64,000 nt of DNA from Longimicrobiales bacterium (GTDB lineage Bacteria; Gemmatimonadota; Gemmatimonadetes; Longimicrobiales; Gaopeijiaceae): NCBI GenBank assembly GCA_963666095.2, contig OY762557.1:333567-397566 (forward strand), written 5' to 3'. The position numbers were made by a program, and so were the translations under genes. A model generated the notes under the pieces. That model made no database searches, was not told the DNA's origin, and was given only the letters and a program-made list of their open reading frames with translations. Of the stretch, positions 1-8,859 are shown one piece after another (positions within the stretch are counted from its first letter, which is position 1; every line of letters starts with the position of its first letter).

Positions 1-1055
1 GGCGCCGTGTCGGCGGGGAGCGACACCGGAAGGCCGGCGACGCGTTCGCTGCCGGTCCACGGGGCGTCGCGCAGCAGCAGAAAGGACGCGACCAGGTCGA
101 GCCGGTCGGGCTGCTCCAGCGAGGCGGGCATGATCGTGCCGGGGGCAAGGGTCCGGGGATCGTGGACGAGCGCGCGCACGTGCTCGGGACGCAGCCGGTG
201 CGCGATGCCGTCCAGGCGGGGACCGACGCGGCCGCCGTCGTCGCCGAGCTGGTGGCAGCCCAGGCAGCTCCACCGGTCCCGCAGCAGGGTCTCCGCCTTG
301 CGCATGGAGAAGGGGGACAGGGCGAGCGGCTCCCAGGGGTCGGGGGCCGGGCCGGCGGGCGAAGGCTCGCGGGGCCGGTTCGCGGCGGGCGCGGGGTCGG
401 CGGGCTCGGCGGACTCCATGAGGAAGCCGGTGATCGCCGTCACCTCCGCCGGGGTCAGGCGGAAGTCGGGCATCTGGCCGCCCCGGCCGGGCTGGTGGCC
501 CGCCGGGCGGATGGCGACCGGGTCGGCCAGGTAGCCGGCGAGCCAGCTGCGGCGGACGCGCAGGGCGGTCGTGGCCAGATCGGGGGCCGCGAGCCGCGGG
601 ACGCCCTCGGGGTGGAGATGGCAGCCGGCGCAGTTCATGGCCTCGAAGAGGGCCCTGCCCTTCGCGCGATTCGCATCGGGGTGACGGCCCATCGCCGCGC
701 GAAAGGCGTCGTCCACGCCGCGCATTTCGCGGTCGTCGGCGACGAAGAGCGCCAGGGCGACCCTCTGGTCCTCGTCGAGATCATAGGTCGGCATCCTCGC
801 CGGAGCGATGCCGGGCTGCACGGCCCGGGGGTCGGCCAGATAGTGGAAGACGTAGGCCGGCGCGAACTCCCGGGCACCGTCGCCGAACGGAGGAGCCACC
901 TCTCGGATCGCTTCGCCGCCCGGCACCCCGGCGTGGCACGCCCCGCACCCCAGAGACGCGACGAGCTCGCGTCCGTCGGGCGCGTTCTGACGCGCGCCCG
1001 ACCAGCCCAGCAACCCGGCGATCGCGACCGCGCCCGGAAGCCCCAACCTCTTCAA
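1..1055 (-). CDS. multihaem c-type cytochrome (three CXXCH motifs); its C-terminal end lies beyond the window edge
   Basis: Absent from the ORF track because there is no stop inside the window. My reverse-strand translation from TTG 1055-1053 gives LKRLGLPGAVAIAGLLGW... It contains CGACH (~nt 945), CAGCH (~nt 625) and CLGCH (~nt 260) in one frame that stays open to nt 1. The TTG overlaps the TGA of the upstream gene (TTGA). Confidence 0.7.
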   Translation of the reverse strand, partial: MKRLGLPGAVAIAGLLGWSGARQNAPDGRELVASLGCGACHAGVPGGEAIREVAPPFGDGAREFAPAYVFHYLADPRAVQPGIAPARMPTYDLDEDQRVALALFVADDREMRGVDDAFRAAMGRHPDANRAKGRALFEAMNCAGCHLHPEGVPRLAAPDLATTALRVRRSWLAGYLADPVAIRPAGHQPGRGGQMPDFRLTPAEVTAITGFLMESAEPADPAPAANRPREPSPAGPAPDPWEPLALSPFSMRKAETLLRDRWSCLGCHQLGDDGGRVGPRLDGIAHRLRPEHVRALVHDPRTLAPGTIMPASLEQPDRLDLVASFLLLRDAPWTGSERVAGLPVSLPADTA

Positions 1056-1549
1056 TTGAGCACCAGGAAGACGACGATCCAGTACGGCACGATCCCGCAC
1101 AGCGTCGCGACGACCGCCCGCACCGTCCCGAAACCGCACGCCTGCCGGACCGCGACCACTCCGGCAAGCAGGGTCCAGGCGTGGACCAGGAAGTGAATCC
1201 CCCCCACCACCGGCCCCAGCGCCATGAGAACACCGGGCAGCCGCGCGAACCCCAGCGTACGCACCAGCGCGCCCAGGCTGGTCTCTCCGCCGAGGAGGTC
1301 GCAGCCGACCTCGTAGGCGATCAGCGCCCAGAAGAGCCATTGCAGCAGGCTCACCGCGGCCACCCACGCCATCGGCACCAGTCCCAGCCCGTAGTCCTGC
1401 GTGCTTGCGGCCAGCGACGCCAGCGCCACGATCAGGATCGCCTGGCCCATCGCCTTCCGGCCCACCGCGACCTCGTCGTAGACATCGCTCCTGAGCATGG
1501 CGGCCCCGAGCATCCTGGCCAGGAAGCCGCGTTCAGGTGCGTCGCTCAT
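1052..1549 (-). CDS. Yip1-domain-like integral membrane protein
   Basis: Last 165 codons of ORF 1052..2257 (MSDAPERGFLARMLG...IVPYWIVVFLVLN). It has about five hydrophobic helices and normal composition, with ATG at 1549-1547. The upstream part of that ORF is R/G/P-rich shadow sequence. Confidence 0.75.
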   Translation of the reverse strand: MSDAPERGFLARMLGAAMLRSDVYDEVAVGRKAMGQAILIVALASLAASTQDYGLGLVPMAWVAAVSLLQWLFWALIAYEVGCDLLGGETSLGALVRTLGFARLPGVLMALGPVVGGIHFLVHAWTLLAGVVAVRQACGFGTVRAVVATLCGIVPYWIVVFLVLN

Positions 1550-3333
1550 CGGTGACTCCGCGGTTGGGCTCGAAGACGACTCTCGAGTACGGGCGGTCGC
1601 GGGAAAGATGCACCGGCCCTCCGGGGCGCGCCACGTTCGCCGAGCGCGGACCGCCTTGTCCCGGCGTCCGCGCCGGGAGCATCTTACAGGCCGCCTGCCC
1701 GCCGTCGGCACGAGCCGACGGGGAGCGACCCGTCGCCGGGCGCGGACGGGCGGCAGCGCCCCAGTCACTTCACGCGGATCCGCACACCACGCACGCCGAG
1801 ACCACCCTCCCCGCCCGAATCGCGGATCCATCCTTCGCCCACCGAAACGCCCTGGTGGACGAGGGCGGCCGCTGGAGCTACGCGGAACTCCTGCGCGAGG
1901 CGCGGCGCTGGCGCGACCGGCTGGCCCCGTCGGGGTCCGGCGACCGCGTAGCCTACCTCGTTCCCCCGGGGCGCATGCACGTGGCGGTGCAGCTCGGGAT
2001 CTGGGCAAGCGGGGACATCGCGGTTCCGCTCGCCGTCTCCCATCCCCTGCCCGAGCTCGAACACGTGCTCGACGACGCCCGTCCCCGCGCTGTCGTGGTG
2101 GACCCCGCCCTCCCCCGCTCCCCCCGCCTCGCGGCCGCCGCCCGGGCGCGCGGGGTCGCCGCCCTCGCCCTGCCGCGATCCCCGTCCCCGCACCCGCCGC
2201 CGGCCACCCCGGCGCCGGCCGCCGCCCATCCCCGCGCCGCCGCCCCCCCCGCCCCACCCGGCCCCGACGACCCGGCCCTGCTCATCTACACCAGCGGCAC
2301 CACCGGCCGCCCCAAGGGCGCGCTCGCCACCCACCGCAACCTCGCGGCCCAGATCGCCGCGCTGACCGCCGCCTGGGGCTGGACGGCCTCCGACCGCATC
2401 CTGCACACGCTGCCGCTGCACCACATACACGGCGTCGTGAACGCCCTCGCCTGCGCGCTCTGGTCCGGCGCGACCTGCGAGTTCGGCTCGGCCGCGCCGA
2501 CCCCCACCTGGAACCGCCTGGCGTCCGGCGAGATCACGCTCTTCATGTCCGTGCCCACCGCGTACGCGCGCCTCATCCGCGCCTGGGAGGACGCCCCGGC
2601 GTCCACGCGGCGACGCTGGTCGCGGGGCGCGGCCCGTCTCCGCCTCATGGTGTCGGGCTCGGCGGCGCTCTCCGTCGCGACGCTGGAGCGCTGGCGCGAG
2701 ATCACCGGCCACACCCTGCTCGAGCGGTACGGCATGACCGAGATCGGGATGGCGCTCTCCAACCCCCTCCGGGGCGAGCGCCGGGCCGGCCACGTGGGCC
2801 CGCCGCTCCCCGGAGTCGAGGCCCGCGTCGTCGACGAAGGGGGCCGGCCGGTCGCCCCGGGCGAGCAGGGGGAGATCGAGGTGCGCGGACCCCAGGTCTT
2901 CCGCGAGTACTGGGGACGCCCCCGGGAGACCGCCGCCGCCTTCCGGCGCGGCTGGTTCCGCACCGGCGACCAGGGCCGCGTCGGCGAGGGAGGCTACTTC
3001 CGCATCCTGGGACGACGAGGCTTCGACATCGTGAAGACGGGGGGCGCCAAGGTGTCGGCGCTGGAGGTGGAGGAGGCGTTTCGGGCGCACGCGGCGGTGC
3101 GCGACATCGCGGCCGTCGGCGTTCCGCATCCCGAATGGGGGGAGCAGCTGCGCGCCGCGTGGGTCCCGGAGGCGGGATTCGAAGGACTCGACTCGGCCGA
3201 GCTGAGGGCCTGGGGCAAGGAGCGCCTGGCCCCGTACAAGGTTCCCCACGCCTTCCGGGCGGTCGCCCGCCTGCCTCGCAACGCCATGGGCAAGGTGCGG
3301 AAGGCGGCGGTCCGGCGCATGTTGGAGGAATGA
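1537..3333 (+). CDS. AMP-forming acyl-CoA synthetase/ligase (ANL superfamily)
   Basis: ORF 1537..3333 carries LIYTSGTTGRPKG, YGMTEIG, GWFRTGD and PRNAMGKVRK. Conserved sequence begins near nt 1830. I saw no other in-frame ATG/GTG between 1537 and that point, so GTG 1537 is kept but the start is uncertain. Confidence 0.8.
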   Translation: MRRSSVTPRLGSKTTLEYGRSRERCTGPPGRATFAERGPPCPGVRAGSILQAACPPSARADGERPVAGRGRAAAPQSLHADPHTTHAETTLPARIADPSFAHRNALVDEGGRWSYAELLREARRWRDRLAPSGSGDRVAYLVPPGRMHVAVQLGIWASGDIAVPLAVSHPLPELEHVLDDARPRAVVVDPALPRSPRLAAAARARGVAALALPRSPSPHPPPATPAPAAAHPRAAAPPAPPGPDDPALLIYTSGTTGRPKGALATHRNLAAQIAALTAAWGWTASDRILHTLPLHHIHGVVNALACALWSGATCEFGSAAPTPTWNRLASGEITLFMSVPTAYARLIRAWEDAPASTRRRWSRGAARLRLMVSGSAALSVATLERWREITGHTLLERYGMTEIGMALSNPLRGERRAGHVGPPLPGVEARVVDEGGRPVAPGEQGEIEVRGPQVFREYWGRPRETAAAFRRGWFRTGDQGRVGEGGYFRILGRRGFDIVKTGGAKVSALEVEEAFRAHAAVRDIAAVGVPHPEWGEQLRAAWVPEAGFEGLDSAELRAWGKERLAPYKVPHAFRAVARLPRNAMGKVRKAAVRRMLEE

Positions 3334-4820
3334 TCGAAGCCATCCTGGACAATCTGCGCACCTACTGGATCGTCCATCTGCTCCTGCTGGCGTACACCGC
3401 CCTGCTGGTCCACCACGCCTGGACCGGCAACCGCGAGACGCGCGGCGTGGCCGACTACTTCGTGGGCGGACGATCGATGGGCCCGGTCGCCATCGGCCTG
3501 TCCTTCTTCGCCACCTACTCCAGCACGAACTCCTTCGTCGGCTTCTCCGGCCAGGCGTACGACTGGGGCGTCACCTGGTTTCTGCTCGTCCCGTTCGTGG
3601 TCGGCATGTCGCTCCTGGCCTGGGTGGCGGTGGCGCCCCGGCTCCGCACCTTCACCGAGTCGCTGGGCTCGCTCACGATCCCCGACTTCATCGGATTCCG
3701 CTTCGGGAGCCCGGCCGCGCGCGTCGCGGCGGCGGCCATCGTGCTCTTCGCCTCCTTCTTCTACATGACCGCGGTGTTCAAGGGGATCGGCAACCTGCTG
3801 GAGGTCTTCCTCGAAATCCCCTACCGGCTCGCGATCGTCGTCGTCTTCTTCATCGTCATGATCTACACCGTCGTGGGCGGCTTCATCTCGGTGGTCAAGA
3901 CGGACGCCGTGCAGGGCGTCGTGATGATCGTGGCCGCCGTGCTGCTCTTCGGCGGCACGGTGGCGGCCGCCGGCGGGCCGGGGTCGCTGGCCGTCCTCGC
4001 GGAGGACCCGGCCACCGAGCCGCTGCTGCGATGGGGAGGCGGCGTCGCGGTCCCGCTGGCGCTGGGCGTGGTCTTCGCCGGCACGGTGAAGTTCGTGGTC
4101 GAGCCGCGGCAGCTGTCCCGCTTCTACGCGCTGGAGAGCCGGGCGGCGGCGCGAAGGGGGGTGTGGGTCTCCACGGCGGCCTTCCTGCTCGTCTACACGC
4201 TGCTCATCCCGGTGGGGCTCTACGCCCGCAACGTCGTGCCGGGCGGCCTGGCCGACACGGACCTGGTCGTGCCCCGGCTGCTCGCCATGCCCGAGGCGTT
4301 CTCGGCGGGGACCGGGGCCTTCCTTCTCCTGGCGATGGTCGCCGCGGCGATGTCGTCGCTCGACAGCGTGCTCCTGGTGATGGCCTCGACCACGCAGCGC
4401 GACCTGGTGGGCGTGTGGCGCGAGGCCGCGTCCGAACGCGCGACGCTCGGGGCGACGCGTGCCTACGTGGCCCTCTTCGCCCTGGTCACCGCGATCATCG
4501 CGCTGAACCCGCCCGACGGGGTCGTGGGGCTGACCGCGTTCTCGGGAGCGGTGTACGGCGCGTGCTTCGGGCCGGCGCTGCTGATGGGCCTCTACTGGAG
4601 ACGGGGAAACGGCAGGGCGGCGCTGGCGTCGTTCGCCACCGGGCTGGCGGTGCTGGTGCTCTGGAACCGGCTCCCGTGGACGGGCGGCCTTCACCAGGTC
4701 TTTCCCGGCGTCGCGATGTCGTTCCTGGTGTACTGGGCGGTGGCGCGGTTCACGCCGAGCCACGGGTCGGAGGAGGTGGACCGGCTGTTCGAGGCCGAGC
4801 GGTCCGGGGCCGCAGGGTAG
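3330..4820 (+). CDS. sodium:solute symporter (SSS) family transporter
   Basis: Tail of ORF 1497..4820 from MIEAILDNLRTYWIVHLLLLAY... It is multi-TM with GGRSMGPVAIGLSFFATYSSTNSFVG. ATG 3330 overlaps the synthetase stop (ATGA at 3330-3333). Confidence 0.85.
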   Translation: MIEAILDNLRTYWIVHLLLLAYTALLVHHAWTGNRETRGVADYFVGGRSMGPVAIGLSFFATYSSTNSFVGFSGQAYDWGVTWFLLVPFVVGMSLLAWVAVAPRLRTFTESLGSLTIPDFIGFRFGSPAARVAAAAIVLFASFFYMTAVFKGIGNLLEVFLEIPYRLAIVVVFFIVMIYTVVGGFISVVKTDAVQGVVMIVAAVLLFGGTVAAAGGPGSLAVLAEDPATEPLLRWGGGVAVPLALGVVFAGTVKFVVEPRQLSRFYALESRAAARRGVWVSTAAFLLVYTLLIPVGLYARNVVPGGLADTDLVVPRLLAMPEAFSAGTGAFLLLAMVAAAMSSLDSVLLVMASTTQRDLVGVWREAASERATLGATRAYVALFALVTAIIALNPPDGVVGLTAFSGAVYGACFGPALLMGLYWRRGNGRAALASFATGLAVLVLWNRLPWTGGLHQVFPGVAMSFLVYWAVARFTPSHGSEEVDRLFEAERSGAAG

Positions 4821-4841
4821 CGGCGACGACCCGGCGGACGG

Positions 4842-6041
4842 TCAGCGCCCGACCAGCCTCCCGTCCCTGACCCACGCCTCCCCGCCCACCTCCACCGTCG
4901 CGTCGACGAAGAAGTTCCAGCGCACGTACCCGCCCCCCACCTCCCCCCCCAGCTCGGTGTTGTCCCCGAGCGACAGCCGCACCACCCCGGCCCCGTAGCC
5001 GTAGTACGGGATCCAATTCTCGCCCGCGGGGACCGCCAACAGCGGGTTGAACCCCACCGCCAGCTCGCGGAACGTCCGCCCCGCCTCCCCCGCCGCCTCC
5101 ATCTCGGCCAGCACCCCCGCGCGTCCCTGCGCGGCCTCCACCTCCACAACCCGGCCCCCCTCGAAGCCCAGCACCAGCCCCTCCACGCCCTCGCCCCCCC
5201 ACCGCGCCGGCGGGAACGCGATCCGTCCCTCCACCGTCCCGAGCACGGGCAGCACCCGCACCGCCCCCGGCGGCAGCTCGACCTCGCGGTCGATCAGGTT
5301 GCGCGCCGCCGCCGCCCGCGCCGCGGACCCGTCCCCGTCCTGCCTCGTGACCGGACGGTCCCCCACCTCGAAGCGAAGGTCGGTCCCGGCCGGGGTCGTC
5401 ACCCGCACGTGGCCCTCGCGGAGCGCGGCCTCGAACGCCGCCTGCGTCGCGGCCAGCGCCTCGTAGTCGGTCTCGAGGAGCGCGGTCCGGTAGAGCCGGT
5501 CCACGCGGTCGTCCACCGGCAGCTCCACCATGTCGAAGGCGGTGGCACCCGCCCAGTGGAAGTGGATCGTCCGGCCCCGCCCACCCCTGAGCACGTCCTG
5601 CAGCGCCCGGTACAGGTCGCGGGGCGCCTCCGGCGCGGGCAGCGCCCCCGGCAGCTTCACGGCCACGTCGACCCCGGCCAGGGACTCGGCCCACGCGTCG
5701 GGGTCGCCGCCCAGAGTCTCGGAAAACTCGGTCGGCGCGGCTCCGGGCAGGGGCGCCCCGAAGACGTCCACCGCGCCCAGGTCGGTCGCCCCCGCCGCCG
5801 CGACGCCCTCGCGCAGCAGAGACGCCAGCCCGTCCCATCGGTCGCCGCCCCTTCCCACCAGCAGCACGCGCTCGCCGGGCCCCACCGCCATGCGATCCAG
5901 CAGCAACTCGCCGATCGCGACAAGGCCCAGCTGGTCCGGCTCGACCGCGACGGCCTCTTCGTCGTCGGCGCCGGGGGCGCACGCCGCGAACGCGAGCATC
6001 ACGCCGGGAAGAACGCGGCGGAAGCGAATCCCCGCGGACAC
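4842..6041 (-). CDS. secreted aminopeptidase, M29 (aminopeptidase T/PepS)-like lipoprotein
   Basis: ORF 4842..6041. The N-terminus RFRRVLPGVMLAFAAC looks like a lipobox. Domain layout (TPAGTDLRFEVG..., ELPPGAVRVLP..., LAVGFNP...) resembles M29 aminopeptidases. The family call is from memory, not from an alignment. Confidence 0.6.
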   Translation of the reverse strand: MSAGIRFRRVLPGVMLAFAACAPGADDEEAVAVEPDQLGLVAIGELLLDRMAVGPGERVLLVGRGGDRWDGLASLLREGVAAAGATDLGAVDVFGAPLPGAAPTEFSETLGGDPDAWAESLAGVDVAVKLPGALPAPEAPRDLYRALQDVLRGGRGRTIHFHWAGATAFDMVELPVDDRVDRLYRTALLETDYEALAATQAAFEAALREGHVRVTTPAGTDLRFEVGDRPVTRQDGDGSAARAAAARNLIDREVELPPGAVRVLPVLGTVEGRIAFPPARWGGEGVEGLVLGFEGGRVVEVEAAQGRAGVLAEMEAAGEAGRTFRELAVGFNPLLAVPAGENWIPYYGYGAGVVRLSLGDNTELGGEVGGGYVRWNFFVDATVEVGGEAWVRDGRLVGR

Positions 6042-6048
6042 CGCGGGC

Positions 6049-6927
6049 CTACAGCTCCCCGGAGCGGTACGCGACCACCAGGACGCTCCGTTCGTCTTCC
6101 TCGTCCCGGCCGATGTTCAGGGTCAGCTCGCGCGTCTCGTCCTCCCACGCCGAGGCCTCGATGCTCGCCCGCTCCACGACGCCCTTGCGCAGTCTGGCGA
6201 AGCTGAACCTCGTCACGTGGCCGTCGAGCGCCTCCTTGTACCATTCGAAGATCCTCTCCGGCGCCGCGTCGCTCTCGAAGACGGCCCCGCCCACGGAACC
6301 CCCGTCGATGCGGGCCGAGAACTGCCGCCTGTCCAGCTCGGCGCCGGGGTAGACCGGCACCCACTCCGGAAGCGCCGACGAACCGCTTCCCGCCCCGAAG
6401 CGCACCTCGTGGTCCGGCGTCGAGATGTCGAGGAAGCCGCCGTCCTCGCCGCCGCGCAGCTCCACGGTGGTCCGTCCGGACTCGGTGTCCACGCGCAGGA
6501 TCCCCCCGCTCCTCCCGGCCTCGCCGTCGAACCGCACGCTCGGGTCGGCGGCCTCCTGTTCGGCGTCGGCGGCCTCCCGTTCCGGGCCGGCGGCCTTCCG
6601 GTCCGCGTTCGAGAGCTTCGAGACGTCCACCGTGACCAGCTCGCCGCCGGCGCCGACGCGCAGGACGACCTCGCCCTCGTTCTCGTCCGCGCTCACTACG
6701 GTGACGTCGGTCCCGAGCCTGTCCATCATCTTTCCGAGGGTCGCGGCGGGCTCCTCGGCGAAGTCGCCGATCTCGTCCGAGATCCTCTTCGCGACCGCCA
6801 GCCCGATCACCACCATGACCGCGACCAGCGCGACGAAGAGGCCGCCCACGATCAGGGCCACCCTGCCGAAGGTCGACAGGCCGCTCGACCGGGCGTGACG
6901 CGTTGCTTCCCTGTACGGATCCGACAT
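6049..6927 (-). CDS. hypothetical membrane-anchored protein
   Basis: ORF 6049..6927. ATG 6927 is preceded by GGGAGGAAGAGG. One TM helix (LIVGGLFVALVAVMVVIGLAV) is followed by an acidic soluble domain. It ends 7 nt upstream of the M29-like gene. Confidence 0.7.
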   Translation of the reverse strand: MSDPYREATRHARSSGLSTFGRVALIVGGLFVALVAVMVVIGLAVAKRISDEIGDFAEEPAATLGKMMDRLGTDVTVVSADENEGEVVLRVGAGGELVTVDVSKLSNADRKAAGPEREAADAEQEAADPSVRFDGEAGRSGGILRVDTESGRTTVELRGGEDGGFLDISTPDHEVRFGAGSGSSALPEWVPVYPGAELDRRQFSARIDGGSVGGAVFESDAAPERIFEWYKEALDGHVTRFSFARLRKGVVERASIEASAWEDETRELTLNIGRDEEDERSVLVVAYRSGEL

Positions 6928-7140
6928 CCTCTTCCTCCCTTGGGCTCATGGGGGGTTTGCGCTCGACGACTTGCGTCCCCCACCCTACGCCTCCGGGGGC
7001 CGGCGGTTTCACCGTGGTCCCATGCCCGCGGGGCCCGGCGGGGCGCCCGGCGGGGCGTCCCTTGCGGAGGGGCGGCGGCTCCTTCCTCTTGGTGGACCAC
7101 GACTTCCTGGTCGTGCTCGACCTGCGCGAACCGGAGCGCC

Positions 7141-8091
7141 ATGTCTACCGAACCCTCTGCACGTGAGACTCGACCGCGCGGGACGGGAGTTCCGGCGGGC
7201 AGACCGGCCGTTCGCGGCCATGAAGGTTCCACCGGGGATCGCGACGCGGGACCCGCGCCGCCCCATGTGCCGCCGGGCAGATGGCCGGTGGTCGCGGCCC
7301 GGGGACTGGGGGTCCTCTTCTGGACCGCCGCCATGGCCGCCGCGCTGCTCGCGCGGTGGCTGCCGACACTGGTCCGGCCGGGCTCCGGCGCCGCCCCAAG
7401 GGCCAAGGCGAGGAGGCGGGTGGTCCAAGCCTGGGGACGCGGACTGGCGCGCCTCGCCGGCGTGCGGGTCGCCACCCACGGGGACGCGCCGCCGCCCGGG
7501 ACCCTCGTCGTCTCCAACCACCTGGGCTATCTGGACATACCGGTGCTCGACTCCGTCATGCCGATGGTGTTCGTGGCCAGGGCCGACCTGCGCCGCTGGC
7601 CCTTCTGGGGGTTCATGGCCACGCTGGGCGGCACCATCTACGTCGATCGGGCGACCAAGCGCGACGTGATGCGGGTGCGCCGCGAGATGGGCGAAGCAAT
7701 GGCGCTCGGGGACAGCGTGATCGTGTTCCCCGAGGCCACCAGCTCGGCGGGCGACACGATCCTGCCCTTCAAGCCCGCGCTGCTGGCGGACGCCGCCGCG
7801 CAGGGCGCCCCCGTGCACTGGCTCACCCTGACCTACCGCACCCCGTCGGACGGCCCCGCCGCGCGCGACCGGGTTTGCTGGTGGGGGGACGCGGACTTCC
7901 TCCCCCATGTCCTCGCGCTCTTCGCGCTCAGGCGGGTGGACTGCGACGTGCGCTTCGGCGACGTCCCCGCCCGGTCCGCGGACCGCAAGGCGCTGGCCGT
8001 CGATCTGCGGCGCGCGATGCTGCGGGACTTCGAGCCGGTCGCGCGGGGGGAGGCGCGGCGGAACCCCGATGCTCCCCGAAAGGCCGGCTGA
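7141..8091 (+). CDS. plsC: 1-acyl-sn-glycerol-3-phosphate acyltransferase family protein
   Basis: Tail of ORF 5530..8091 from ATG 7141. It has the acyltransferase motifs SNHLGYLD (NHxxxxD) and FPEATSS. A later in-frame start is possible. Confidence 0.75.
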   Translation: MSTEPSARETRPRGTGVPAGRPAVRGHEGSTGDRDAGPAPPHVPPGRWPVVAARGLGVLFWTAAMAAALLARWLPTLVRPGSGAAPRAKARRRVVQAWGRGLARLAGVRVATHGDAPPPGTLVVSNHLGYLDIPVLDSVMPMVFVARADLRRWPFWGFMATLGGTIYVDRATKRDVMRVRREMGEAMALGDSVIVFPEATSSAGDTILPFKPALLADAAAQGAPVHWLTLTYRTPSDGPAARDRVCWWGDADFLPHVLALFALRRVDCDVRFGDVPARSADRKALAVDLRRAMLRDFEPVARGEARRNPDAPRKAG

Positions 8092-8093
8092 CC

Positions 8094-8678
8094 GTGGCCT
8101 GGATCCGGGAAATCCCGCGCGAGGAGGCCACGGGTCTCCTCCGGCGCGAGCTGGACGCGGCCGTGAAGCGGTCGGGCAGGGTTTGGAACATCGTCCAGGC
8201 GATGAGCCTCAACGCGCCGGTGCTGAAGGCGGCGATGGCCCACTACGCGGCCATCATGTTCGGCCCGTCCCCCCTGTCGCGCTTCCAGAGGGAGCTGCTG
8301 GCCACCGTGGTCTCGGCCGAGCTGGACTGCTTCTACTGAACGCAGGCGCACGCGCATGACCTCCGGGCCGAGGTCGAGGCGATGGGGACGGGCGGGGAGG
8401 AGGGGGACGCGCTGGTCCACCGGATCGTGGCCGACTGGCGCAAGGCCGGTCTGTCCCGGGAAGACCGGGCGCTGTGCCGGTTCGCCCTCAGGCTGACGCG
8501 GAGCCCCGCCGACATGTCCCCGGAGGACCTGGACCGGCTGCGGGCCGCCGGGTTCAACGACCGCGGCATCCACGACGCCACGCAGGCGGTCGGCTTCTTC
8601 AACTACATCACGCGCGTCGCGGAGGCGCTGGGGGTGGAGCCCGAGGCGTTCATCGACGAGTGGGGGCGGATGGACTGA
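8094..8678 (+). CDS. carboxymuconolactone decarboxylase/AhpD-like peroxidase-related protein, putative selenoprotein (TGA 8337-8339 read as Sec)
   Basis: GTG 8094 (VAWIREIPREEATG...VVSAELDCFY) and ORF 8382..8678 share one frame and are separated only by TGA 8337-8339. The stop falls in C-F-Y-[TGA]-T-Q-A-H, the C-x-x-C-x-x-x-H redox motif of this family. Confidence 0.7.
8351..8381 (+). promoter_or_regulatory. putative bacterial SECIS hairpin
   Basis: Starts 11 nt after the TGA. Lower stem is CGC 8351-8353 with GCG 8379-8381. Upper stem is GACCTC 8358-8363 with GAGGTC 8370-8375. The apical loop is the G-rich 6-nt CGGGCC. Confidence 0.5.
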
Positions 8679-8859
8679 GGGGGACCGCGTCACCCCCCTG
8701 GCCCTGTGACCATCGCTCCGAGACGCTTCCGGGCGCCCGCAACCGATCCGCGCGAACCCCTCCGGGACTGGACGGGAGCCCCTCTTTCGTCGTACCTTGC
8801 GGCTGTCGGGAGCACGGGCGGCCCCGTGGCGCACGAAACCACCAAGGAGCAGAGTGGAA

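Noticed and set aside
1497-3329. The first ~610 codons of the 1107-aa ORF 1497..4820.
   Set aside because: It has extreme R/P/G/A composition with no motifs, and it overlaps the well-supported acyl-CoA synthetase in another frame. Only the part from ATG 3330 (the SSS transporter) looks real.
5530-7140. The N-terminal ~537 codons of ORF 5530..8091, and other long ORFs across 4750-7000.
   Set aside because: They are off-frame or antisense to the M29-like and membrane-protein genes and have S/R/P/A-rich composition. The acyltransferase motifs begin only after ATG 7141.
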